Shown here one piece after another: positions 9,684-18,850 of a DNA stretch of 42,239 bases. The translations under genes were made by a program, and so were the position numbers. Position 1 is the first letter of the stretch; each line of letters opens with the position of its first letter. The notes under the pieces were generated by a model that was not told the origin of the DNA, ran no database searches, and saw only the letters and a program-made list of their open reading frames with translations. The stretch spans positions 73,775 to 116,013 of the forward strand of contig JBNAUL010000003.1 of NCBI GenBank assembly GCA_049700835.1, read 5' to 3'. The stretch is from Candidatus Woesearchaeota archaeon (GTDB lineage: Archaea > Nanobdellota > Nanobdellia > Woesearchaeales > WAPY01).

Positions 9684-9983
9684 TTATTTCTTTGATTGCC
9701 TTTCGCTTTTCAAAATCGATATTTCCTCTCTTAAAAGCTTTGTTTCAATGATGTGCTCTTTTAAAAGTTCTCTCACGTCTTCATCCAAATCCTCAATCAA
9801 GGCAGCAATTATTATAACTATCGTTGCTATTATCCAAACCATCATCAGCATCAACAAATCAGTGTTTGTAAATATTGTGAGAAGATAGATTATTATTCCT
9901 CCTAAAATCATTGTTGCAAGACCAAATTTCACTATTTTGCGGAAAAGCTTGTTCTTCTTTATGACCAAATCCTTCTCTTCCAT
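9684..9983 (-). CDS. Small 2-TM membrane protein with coiled-coil tail
   Basis: GAGGTGG SD before ATG 9983; two hydrophobic helices. Confidence 0.6.
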   Translation of the reverse strand: MEEKDLVIKKNKLFRKIVKFGLATMILGGIIIYLLTIFTNTDLLMLMMVWIIATIVIIIAALIEDLDEDVRELLKEHIIETKLLREEISILKSERQSKK

Positions 9984-10116
9984 AGAACCACCTCTTTTAA
10001 ATTTATTTTTAGTCAATTTTACTTAATTTTTAGTTTTTTATTTATTTTACACTATAAAAACATTTCTAATCTTTAATACAAAAAACTTAAAAACTCTTTA
10101 ATTTTTATTGTTTTTT

Positions 10117-11523
10117 ATGAAAAGAAAAGAAAAACCGAATTTTAGAGATTCTTGTAAAACAGAAGAAAATAAAAAAATTAGTTTTATGGATGAAGTAGCT
10201 GTTAGGCTTAAAGACAAAACAGAGTTTAAGGGAATTATGATGCAAAGCCCTGAGAATGATAACAGAGTTTTCATAAAGTTGGACAATGGATATAACATAG
10301 GGTTTAATCCTGAAAACATTGAAGAGATTTCCATTTTAAGAAAAGCAAGCAAGCACAACGAAGAAGAAACATTAAAAAAGCAGGAAGGAATAGAGCAAAT
10401 CGCAATGGAAAAGGATGATAAAAAACCTTTGATAACAATAATACACACAGGAGGCACGATCGCTTCAAGGATTGATTATAAGACAGGAGCTGTTGTTGCA
10501 AATTTCACCCCAAAAGAAATTTTATCTCTTTTTCCTGAGATAAACTCATTTGCAAGAATAAAATCAATTTTTCTTGCAAATATATGGAGCCAGGACATCA
10601 GGTTTAGTCATTACAATCTAATCTCAAAAGAAATAAAAAAGGAGATCGATTCAGGAGTTGATGGAATAATAGTTACTCATGGCACAGACACTTTGCATTA
10701 CACCTCAGCAGCGCTTTCGTTTATTTTAGAAGATTTAGGGGTTCCTGTGATTTTGGTCGGCTCGCAAAGGAGTTCTGACAGGGCAAGTTCTGATTCTGCT
10801 CTGAACTTGATGAATGCTGTTTTTTTCATAGCAAGAACAGATTTCTCAGGAGTTGCGATTTGCATGCACAACTCAACCAATGATGACTTTTGCGCAATAC
10901 TTCCAGGACTTAAGGCAAGAAAGATGCATACAAGCAGGAGGGATGCTTTTAAACCGATAAATTCAAAACCAATAGCATTGGTTGATTACAAGAAGGATGA
11001 AATAAAATTCTTAACAGAGAACTATTCAAGAAAGGACAAAAAAAAGAAGGTTAATTTAAAACTTTTTGACGAGAAAGTTAGGGTTGCGGTTTTAAAGCAG
11101 CACACCAACATGTTTGCTGAAGAGTTTGGTTTTTTCAAGAATTATGACGGTTTGGTTATAGAATCAACAGGACTTGGAAATCTTCCAATATCTTCAAATG
11201 ATAACCTGACTTCGGAGCATAAAAAAATCTTTGAAACTTTAAAGGAAATGATAAAAAATGGGGTTGTTGTTGTTTTAGCCCCGCAGACAATCTATGGCAG
11301 GATAAACATGAATGTCTATGAGAACCAAAGAAAGCAAAAGGATATTGGAATACTTGGAAATAACATCGACATGACTCCTGAAACAACTTTTATAAAACTT
11401 GCTTGGCTTTTGAGCAACTATTCAAAAGCAGAGATAGCAAAAAAGGATTTGATTTCTAAAAATTTTAGAGGAGAAATCTCAGAAAGGACAGGATTAGAGT
11501 TTGATGTTTATGATTGCAATTAA
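10117..11523 (+). CDS. gatD: Glu-tRNA(Gln) amidotransferase subunit D
   Basis: IKLDNGYNIG N-domain, HTGGTIASR, HGTDT, QRSSDR, RKMHTSRRDAF; upstream of gatE. Start uncertain. Confidence 0.96.
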   Translation: MKRKEKPNFRDSCKTEENKKISFMDEVAVRLKDKTEFKGIMMQSPENDNRVFIKLDNGYNIGFNPENIEEISILRKASKHNEEETLKKQEGIEQIAMEKDDKKPLITIIHTGGTIASRIDYKTGAVVANFTPKEILSLFPEINSFARIKSIFLANIWSQDIRFSHYNLISKEIKKEIDSGVDGIIVTHGTDTLHYTSAALSFILEDLGVPVILVGSQRSSDRASSDSALNLMNAVFFIARTDFSGVAICMHNSTNDDFCAILPGLKARKMHTSRRDAFKPINSKPIALVDYKKDEIKFLTENYSRKDKKKKVNLKLFDEKVRVAVLKQHTNMFAEEFGFFKNYDGLVIESTGLGNLPISSNDNLTSEHKKIFETLKEMIKNGVVVVLAPQTIYGRINMNVYENQRKQKDIGILGNNIDMTPETTFIKLAWLLSNYSKAEIAKKDLISKNFRGEISERTGLEFDVYDCN

Positions 11524-11758
11524 ACAATTGCTTAACAAAATATTTTGGGATAAAAGGGAAAACAGAAACGATTATGCACTTTTAATTTACGACAGAATAG
11601 AAAAAAAGCTCGTCAAGATAGAGTTTAGCCAAATAGAAGGGTTGGACAGGAATTTTTTGAGGATTAAAAATAAGGAAGGTTTTGCTTACATTCCACTACA
11701 CAGGATAAAATTTGTTTTGAAGAACAACGAGGTCTTTTGGAGGAGAAGAAGTTTTTAA
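11510..11758 (+). CDS. DUF504/MJ1316-like small RNA-repair-associated domain protein
   Basis: LLNKIFWD...YDR...YIPLHRI....VFWRR signature. Confidence 0.85.
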   Translation: MIAIKQLLNKIFWDKRENRNDYALLIYDRIEKKLVKIEFSQIEGLDRNFLRIKNKEGFAYIPLHRIKFVLKNNEVFWRRRSF

Positions 11759-11813
11759 GAAGAAAAGATGTTTGCAAAAGATATTTTCAGACGCTTACGG
11801 AGTTTTGATAAAA

Positions 11814-13679
11814 ATGAAGGATGAGAAATTTTACAAGGAAATAAACTTGAAGGTAGGTATTGAAATACACCAACAGCTTGATGCAAAAAAACTATTTTGC
11901 AACTGCCCTTCTCAAATAGTTGATGACTCTAAAAAACCAGATTTTACAGTTGAAAGGTTTTTAAGGGTTCAGGCAGGAGAAACAGGGACTGTAGATAAAG
12001 CAGCGATGTTTGAGTTTAAAAAAGGTAAGAAATTCATCTACAATTTCTACAACGAGAGTTGCTGTTTGGTTGAGCTGGATGAAGAACCTCCTCATGAAAT
12101 CAACAAGGAAGCGTTAGAGATATCGCTTCAATTTTCAAAACTCGTTAATGCAAGAATAAACGATGTTATTCAAGTAATGAGAAAAACAGTTATTGACGGA
12201 TCAAACACTTCTGGTTTCCAAAGAACAGCATTGATAGCAGTCAACGGTTTCATAGAAATAAAAAATAAAAAAATTGGGATTCCAACAATCTGCTTGGAAG
12301 AAGATGCTGCCAAAATAATAAGCAACGACGAAAATTCCTCAACATACAATCTCTCAAGATTAGGCATTCCTTTGTTGGAAATAGCAACAGAACCATGCTT
12401 GAAAACACCAAAGGAAGTCAAAGAAGCCGCAGAATACTTAGGCATGCTGCTCAGGAGTTTAAAAGTAAAGAGAGGAATAGGAACAATAAGGCAGGACATA
12501 AATGTCTCAATAAAGAATGGTAGCAGAGTTGAGATTAAAGGAGCTCAGGATTTAAACGCTCTTCCAATTATAGTTGAGTTTGAAGTGGAGAGGCAATTAA
12601 ATTTATTGAGAATAAAAGATCTTTTAAAGGAAAGAGGTTTGAACAAGGAAGATAATGTAAAAATTTATGAGAAGGAAATTACTGATTTGTTTAAAAACTC
12701 AGAATCCAAGATAATTAAGAGCAGTTTAGAAAATAAAGGTATTGTTCTTGGAATAAAGGTTGAGAAGTTTTCCGGAATTTTAGGTTTTGAGCTTAATCCG
12801 AATAAACGCTTGGGAACAGAACTTGCAACTCACTGTAAGCTATTCGGTTTAAAGGGCTTAATCCATAGTGATGAACTACCCAACTATGGAATAACAGAAA
12901 GCAATGTTTATAATATAAAAAGAGAACTTGAATGCAAGAAAGAAGACGCTTTTATCATAATAACAGGCCCTAAGGAAAGGGTTTTGAGAGCAGCAGATAG
13001 CGTTATTGACAGGATAAGAAAATGCGTTTTAGGAGTGCCTGAAGAAGTTAGGAAGGTTGATGAGGATTATAAAACATCCTACTTGAGACCAATACCAGGA
13101 TCTGCAAGAATGTATCCTGAAACAGACATTCCATTCATAATTCCGTTTGATGTGGAAACTCCAAAAACGCTCTTTGAAGTCATAAGTGATTATGAAAAAA
13201 TTGGTTTGAGCAAGGATTTGGCAAGGATTTGCGCATTGTCAAAGAAAAGACATTTTTTTGAAAAATTAATCAATGATTACAATAAGATTCCTCCAAAAAC
13301 AATCGCTCAAATTTTATTCTTGACAACAAAAGACTTAAAAAAAAGATTAAAACTTGATGTTTCTAAAATAAATGATTCTGTTATTGAGAAGGTGATTTCT
13401 GCTTTAAACCAAGAAATTATTTCATTGCAGGGCGTTGAAAAGATTCTTGAAAGCTTTATAAGAGGGAAGAGCATAGAGGATGCTATCAAGGAGAATGAAG
13501 TACTAAGCGATTTTGAACTTGAAAGAAAGGTGAATGAAATAATGAGCAAAAACCCTAATGTCAAGAATGAAAATGCAATGATCGGAATAGTGATGCAAGA
13601 GTTGAGAGGAAAAGCAGACGGCAAGAAAATAGTTTCGCTGATTAATAAATTTTTTAATAAAACCAAAAACAGAGATTAA
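11814..13679 (+). CDS. gatE: Glu-tRNA(Gln) amidotransferase subunit E
   Basis: GIEIHQQL, KLFCNC, MRKTVIDGSNTSGFQRT, RGIGTIRQD, HSDELPNYGI, RMYPETD. Confidence 0.97.
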   Translation: MKDEKFYKEINLKVGIEIHQQLDAKKLFCNCPSQIVDDSKKPDFTVERFLRVQAGETGTVDKAAMFEFKKGKKFIYNFYNESCCLVELDEEPPHEINKEALEISLQFSKLVNARINDVIQVMRKTVIDGSNTSGFQRTALIAVNGFIEIKNKKIGIPTICLEEDAAKIISNDENSSTYNLSRLGIPLLEIATEPCLKTPKEVKEAAEYLGMLLRSLKVKRGIGTIRQDINVSIKNGSRVEIKGAQDLNALPIIVEFEVERQLNLLRIKDLLKERGLNKEDNVKIYEKEITDLFKNSESKIIKSSLENKGIVLGIKVEKFSGILGFELNPNKRLGTELATHCKLFGLKGLIHSDELPNYGITESNVYNIKRELECKKEDAFIIITGPKERVLRAADSVIDRIRKCVLGVPEEVRKVDEDYKTSYLRPIPGSARMYPETDIPFIIPFDVETPKTLFEVISDYEKIGLSKDLARICALSKKRHFFEKLINDYNKIPPKTIAQILFLTTKDLKKRLKLDVSKINDSVIEKVISALNQEIISLQGVEKILESFIRGKSIEDAIKENEVLSDFELERKVNEIMSKNPNVKNENAMIGIVMQELRGKADGKKIVSLINKFFNKTKNRD

Positions 13680-13744
13680 ATAAAAATTTAAATTACCACC
13701 AAACAATAGTAAAATTTTTATACTAGTCCTTTATACTTTTCTTT

Positions 13745-14734
13745 ATGAACAGGAAAAGTATAATAGAGGCACTCTCTAAGAACTCGCAAGATTATTGGAA
13801 GATTATTAAAGAAGAAAATAAAAGATGCATAGATAATTACAAAAACAAAGTATACACAGATATAAAAAAAGGATTAAAGAGCGTAATTGAAAACTTTAAT
13901 TTAGAAAATATAGTGATAGGAGTTACAGGAAGCAATGGCAGGTTAGAATCTCATCGTTCTGAAACAGACCTTATAATTCTAAGCAAAGAGAACATATCAA
14001 GCAAACTGAGCAAGGAAATATTAAAAGAATTAAATCCGCTATTATTAGAAATAAAAACGCTTGATCAAACATTGAGTTTTTATTCAAACAATCCAAAAAT
14101 AGTTTATCCAACAAGAATGATTGATTTCTTAGAATTGAATGGAGATAGGTGCAAGAAATGCTATGACGATTTTATGGAAAAATTTGCTGAGGAACTTGTT
14201 GAATCTAAGAGAATACGAGATTCTGCAAATGAAAAATTTAAGGAGTACTTAAAAATCAATAGCACAGGGAAGCAGATTTGGAAAAGAAATGAAATTGAAC
14301 ACTACAATCTTGAACAAGGTTTCTTCTATTATGATGAAAATCCTGAAAATGGGAAGTACGGTCCAAAGTATGGGCCGTTGAGAACAATACAATTCTTTAT
14401 AGCAAAGAACATACTAAAAAAGCCGTATGTCCTATTATCTCAGGATAAACAAAAATTAAAGGAATTCTACAAAAAACTCTTCTACATAATGCCAAGGACA
14501 ACAGTTGAAAGAATAGATTTTTTGAGCAATGAAGTTATTTGCAAAGAAAAAATTCTTGATTTATCAGAAAACTCAAAAAATGATTTAAAGGATAACTACA
14601 ACTACTTTTTAATACTCTATCACAAACTGCAGGAGATGCACTTCATTAATAAAAACCTGATAATAATAAAAACTGAAAGTAAGGAATTGAAAGAAAGGAT
14701 AAACTCTATTGAAAGAATTGTCTCTCAAAACTAA
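13745..14734 (+). CDS. Putative nucleotidyltransferase (Pol beta superfamily, GlnD/DUF294-like)
   Basis: VTGSNGRLE...SETDLIIL resembles G[GS]xGRxE..SDxD; KYGPLRTIQ resembles the helical substrate-binding domain. Confidence 0.6.
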   Translation: MNRKSIIEALSKNSQDYWKIIKEENKRCIDNYKNKVYTDIKKGLKSVIENFNLENIVIGVTGSNGRLESHRSETDLIILSKENISSKLSKEILKELNPLLLEIKTLDQTLSFYSNNPKIVYPTRMIDFLELNGDRCKKCYDDFMEKFAEELVESKRIRDSANEKFKEYLKINSTGKQIWKRNEIEHYNLEQGFFYYDENPENGKYGPKYGPLRTIQFFIAKNILKKPYVLLSQDKQKLKEFYKKLFYIMPRTTVERIDFLSNEVICKEKILDLSENSKNDLKDNYNYFLILYHKLQEMHFINKNLIIIKTESKELKERINSIERIVSQN

Positions 14735-14855
14735 ATAAAATAAAAACTAATCATTATAAAGCATAAAACAAAAAATTTAAAATAGGCGCAAAGATCCTTC
14801 TTAAGCTTAAGCATAATTTTATTGTTAAGATGACAAATATGAGAGAGGTGTTTTT

Positions 14856-17504
14856 ATGAAAGAATACGCTTATTTGTTTGAGGAAGCTGAATTTGGAAAA
14901 GAAATTCTTGGAGGAAAAGGATTTGGTCTTGCAGAAATGGCTCGACTTGGAATTCCAGTTCCTCCTGGATTCATAATAACAACAGATGCTTGCAAGGAAT
15001 ACTTCGAGCAGAGGAAGGAATTCTTAGATAAACTTTGGATTCAGGTTTTGGAAAAGCTTGAACAGTTAGAAAAAAAGGTTGGCAAGAAATTGGGTTCAAA
15101 AGAAAATCCATTGCTTGTTTCTGTTAGAAGCGGAGCTCCTGTTTCAATGCCTGGAATGATGGACACAATACTAAATTTAGGATTAAATGAAGACACTGTA
15201 AAAGCGCTTGCTCAAAAAACAAAAAATGAGAGATTTGCATACGATGCTTACAGGAGATTTATCCAAATGTTTGGAAATGTTGTTTTAGGGATAAAGCATG
15301 ATTACTTTGAAAAAGCGCTTGAAGAAATAAAGGAAAAGAAAAAAGCAAAGTTTGATTACGAGTTAAATGCTGAAAGTTTGAAAGAATTGATAATCAAATA
15401 TAAAAGAATCATAAATGAACAGACCAACGTTTTCTTCCCAGAAGATGCTGAGAAACAATTGAGAATGGCTGTTGAAGCTGTATTTAACTCTTGGAACAAT
15501 GAAAGAGCAAAGACATACAGAAAGCTTAACAAGATTCCAGAAGATATGGGAACAGCAGTAGTTGTTCAAGCAATGGTTTTTGGAAATTTCAGTTTTGATT
15601 CTGGCACAGGGGTTTGCTTTACAAGAAGCCCAAGCACAGGAGAAAAGAAAATCTATGGAGAATACTTGCTAAATGCTCAGGGAGAAGATGTTGTTGCAGG
15701 AATAAGAACCCCAAAACCAATAGATGAATTAAAAAAAGAACTTCCAGAAACATATGAACAATTGATAAAAGTTTGCGAAAAACTTGAAAAGCACTTCAAG
15801 GACATGCAGGACATTGAGTTTACAATAGAAAACAAGAAGTTGTACTTGTTGCAAACAAGGAACGGGAAGAGAACAGCAGAAGCTGCTGTTAAAATAGCAG
15901 TCGATATGTGCGAAGAAGGATTGATAACAAAAGAAGAAGCAATTCTTAGAGTTGAGCCAGAGCATATTGAAAAATTGATGCATAAGAGAATAAACCCTGA
16001 TGCAAAGTTAAAAGTTATTGCAAAAGGGCTTCCAGCATCTCCAGGAGCAGCTGTTGGAAAAGTTGTCTTTGATGCTAACAAAGCAGAAGAACTTTCAAAG
16101 AAAGGAGAAAAGGTTGTTCTTGTAAGAAAGGAAACATCTCCAGATAATATTCACGGGATGGCAGCAGCCCAAGGAATACTAACAGCACGAGGAGGGATGA
16201 CAAGCCATGCAGCAGTAGTTGCTCGTGGAATGGGAAAGTGTTGTGTTGCTGGTTGCGAGGAAATAAAAGTAGTTGAAGAAAAAGGATACTTTGAGGTTGG
16301 TGATTTGAGAATAAAAGAAGGAGATGTTATTTCGTTAAACGGAAGCACTGGAGAAGTAATTCTTGGAGAAGCACCTTTAATAGAGCCAGAACTAAGTGGA
16401 AACTTCAAAAAAATACTTGAATGGGCTGATAGTATTAGGAAGTTAGGAGTAAGAGCAAACGCTGATTTGCCAAGGGATGCAAAAACAGCAAGGGATTTTG
16501 GTGCAGAAGGAATAGGGCTTTGCAGAACAGAACACATGTTCTTTGATGATGGAAGAATTACAATAATGCAAGAAATGATAATGGCAGAGAATACTTTTGA
16601 GAGAAAAAAAGCGCTTGATAAGTTATTGCCATTGCAAAGGCAGGACTTTAAGGAAATCTTTGAGGTGATGCATGGTTTGCCTGTAATAATAAGATTATTA
16701 GATCCTCCTCTTCACGAGTTTCTGCCAAAGAGAGAGGAATTTATGGTTGAAATTGCATTGTTAAAAGAAAGAAAAGCTGACAAGAAAATAATTGAAGAGA
16801 AAGAAAAGATACTTAAGAGAGTTGAGGAGTTATTCGAGTTTAACCCAATGCTTGGTCATCGCGGTTGCAGATTGGGAATAACATATCCTGAAATCACAGA
16901 GATGCAGGCAAGGGCAATATTTGAAGCAGCATGCGAAGCAAAAAAGAAAGGAATTAATGTTATTCCAGAAGTTATGGTCCCGTTAGTCGGAGATGTCTCA
17001 GAGTTCAAGCATCAGAAGGAAATAATTGATAGAGTTGCTGAAGAAACTTTTGATAAATACAATTTAAGAATTGATTACAAGGTTGGAACAATGATTGAAC
17101 TTCCAAGAGCAGCAATAACTGCTGACAAAATAGCAGAACAAGCAGAATTCTTCAGTTTTGGGACAAACGATTTAACACAAACAACTCTTGGTTTTTCAAG
17201 AGACGATGCTGGAAAGTTCGTAAAAGTTTATCTTGAATTGGGAATACTTAAAGAAGATCCTTTCAAAACAATAGATGTTGAAGGAGTTGGAAGTTTAGTG
17301 GAAAGAGCAACAAAACTTGGAAAGCAGAGAAGGCCAAACTTGGAAGTTGGAATTTGCGGAGAGCATGGCGGAGATCCAAAGAGCGTAGAGTTCTGTCATA
17401 AGGCAGGGCTTGACTATGTTAGTTGCAGCCCTTACAGGGTTCCGATAGCAAGATTAGCAGCAGCTCAAGCAGCGATTAAGGAGAAAATGAAGAAAAATAA
17501 ATAA
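14856..17504 (+). CDS. ppdK: Pyruvate, phosphate dikinase
   Basis: LGGKG, LLVSVRSGA.SMPGMMDT, GGMTSHAAVVARG phospho-His, GLCRTEHMF, SFGTNDLTQ, GICGEHGG. Confidence 0.98.
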   Translation: MKEYAYLFEEAEFGKEILGGKGFGLAEMARLGIPVPPGFIITTDACKEYFEQRKEFLDKLWIQVLEKLEQLEKKVGKKLGSKENPLLVSVRSGAPVSMPGMMDTILNLGLNEDTVKALAQKTKNERFAYDAYRRFIQMFGNVVLGIKHDYFEKALEEIKEKKKAKFDYELNAESLKELIIKYKRIINEQTNVFFPEDAEKQLRMAVEAVFNSWNNERAKTYRKLNKIPEDMGTAVVVQAMVFGNFSFDSGTGVCFTRSPSTGEKKIYGEYLLNAQGEDVVAGIRTPKPIDELKKELPETYEQLIKVCEKLEKHFKDMQDIEFTIENKKLYLLQTRNGKRTAEAAVKIAVDMCEEGLITKEEAILRVEPEHIEKLMHKRINPDAKLKVIAKGLPASPGAAVGKVVFDANKAEELSKKGEKVVLVRKETSPDNIHGMAAAQGILTARGGMTSHAAVVARGMGKCCVAGCEEIKVVEEKGYFEVGDLRIKEGDVISLNGSTGEVILGEAPLIEPELSGNFKKILEWADSIRKLGVRANADLPRDAKTARDFGAEGIGLCRTEHMFFDDGRITIMQEMIMAENTFERKKALDKLLPLQRQDFKEIFEVMHGLPVIIRLLDPPLHEFLPKREEFMVEIALLKERKADKKIIEEKEKILKRVEELFEFNPMLGHRGCRLGITYPEITEMQARAIFEAACEAKKKGINVIPEVMVPLVGDVSEFKHQKEIIDRVAEETFDKYNLRIDYKVGTMIELPRAAITADKIAEQAEFFSFGTNDLTQTTLGFSRDDAGKFVKVYLELGILKEDPFKTIDVEGVGSLVERATKLGKQRRPNLEVGICGEHGGDPKSVEFCHKAGLDYVSCSPYRVPIARLAAAQAAIKEKMKKNK

Positions 17505-17542
17505 AAAATTTTGTTTTTCTATTTTCATTCTATTTTTATTTT

Positions 17543-18808
17543 TTATGGAATTACTATTGTTAAATCCTGCCAATCTTTGTTTCCTGTTTGGTCTGAGATT
17601 ATTATTTTAAAATTATAAGTTCCTTGTGGCAATGAATGTACAATAAAGCATCTCTTGTCTTCAATTACTTTTGTTACAGGGTTTTCGCAAGCTTCATAGT
17701 TGTAATTGTTTTGGTTTAATCCTTCAATTGAATAAGTGACTTCTTCTTCGTCAGGATCAAAACCCAACGGTTCTATTTCATAAGGCAGATTTATTGGATT
17801 ATTTATTTCAATATAATCCAGAGCAGGAGCTCTGTTTTTTATTAAAAATCTGAAAACAAAATTTTGGCTTTTAACTTTTGAATTTTTGTCTGTTATTGTA
17901 ATTAAATAATCATTCAGTCCATTAACAAATTCCTTTTTCAGCAGAATATTATCATCAAACTTATAATATTTTTTATAATCTTTTGAAAGGTTAAATGTTA
18001 TATTTGTATATTCTTCTTTTAAAATTTCTATTAATCCAGAATATATTTTTAGAATTCTTACAGGAACCTTTACTTCAAAATTATTGATTACCCTGCTTGA
18101 TTGTTTGTTGCTTATGGTTATTTCAAATTGCATTCTTACATTGACATTATCTTCTGCAAATACAATATCAAATTTTGGAGTTTTTTTAAAAACAATGTTG
18201 TAACCATAATCTTCTTCTAAAGTTTTAAGGTTTATCTCAAGCATTTTTTTCTCTAAAAAACCTTTTAGTTGTTCTTCGACTGAAAAGCTTGCTTTTGTTT
18301 CTTCACCCATGCACTCATAATATCCAAACTCTGTTTTATAGATTGTAGTCCTGCAAACATACTGCGGAGTATAGTATCCAAAAGCATATTTATTTTCGTG
18401 ATTGAACTTGCAATCAGGATTAACAAAATAACAAGGATAATAAGGTGGTTCATTTAAAACCCCGTAGCTGATTTCTTTTAATTGATATACAACTCTGCTT
18501 TGTTTTCCATCGTTATTTTTCAAAATGGCTGTTTTTATAGCGCTTGGTTTTATAGTTCCTCCTTGGTTTTCAAAGATATATCCGCCTTGAGAACCTATTA
18601 AATAAAGAGCTTCCTCAACATTATTCTTTAAGTAATTATTTACAAACTCCTTAACAACTTCAACATTAATCTCTTCTTCTTTCATTTTCTTTTCTTGAGC
18701 ACTGTTAATCATAAAAAAGTAAAGCAAGCCAATCATAAGAAATATGAATGCTCCTAAGAATATGAATAAACTCAATTGCGATTTCTTGCTTTTTATTTTT
18801 AAAATCAT
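17543..18808 (-). CDS. Surface protein with class III signal peptide (pilin-like), C-terminal Ig-like segment
   Basis: KSKKS/QLSLFIFLG leader; QGGY motif; NRAPAL..DPDEEEVTYS Ig/cadherin-like end. Confidence 0.7.
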   Translation of the reverse strand: MILKIKSKKSQLSLFIFLGAFIFLMIGLLYFFMINSAQEKKMKEEEINVEVVKEFVNNYLKNNVEEALYLIGSQGGYIFENQGGTIKPSAIKTAILKNNDGKQSRVVYQLKEISYGVLNEPPYYPCYFVNPDCKFNHENKYAFGYYTPQYVCRTTIYKTEFGYYECMGEETKASFSVEEQLKGFLEKKMLEINLKTLEEDYGYNIVFKKTPKFDIVFAEDNVNVRMQFEITISNKQSSRVINNFEVKVPVRILKIYSGLIEILKEEYTNITFNLSKDYKKYYKFDDNILLKKEFVNGLNDYLITITDKNSKVKSQNFVFRFLIKNRAPALDYIEINNPINLPYEIEPLGFDPDEEEVTYSIEGLNQNNYNYEACENPVTKVIEDKRCFIVHSLPQGTYNFKIIISDQTGNKDWQDLTIVIP

Positions 18809-18850
18809 TATTAAAATAAAAAAAGAAGAGAATTTAAAAAAATATCGGTT

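Noticed and set aside
14800..14811. Palindromes CTTAAGCTTAAG before ppdK and TTAATCTTAAGATTAA at 34623-34638
   Set aside because: Single short AT-rich palindromes could arise by chance; no second supporting site.
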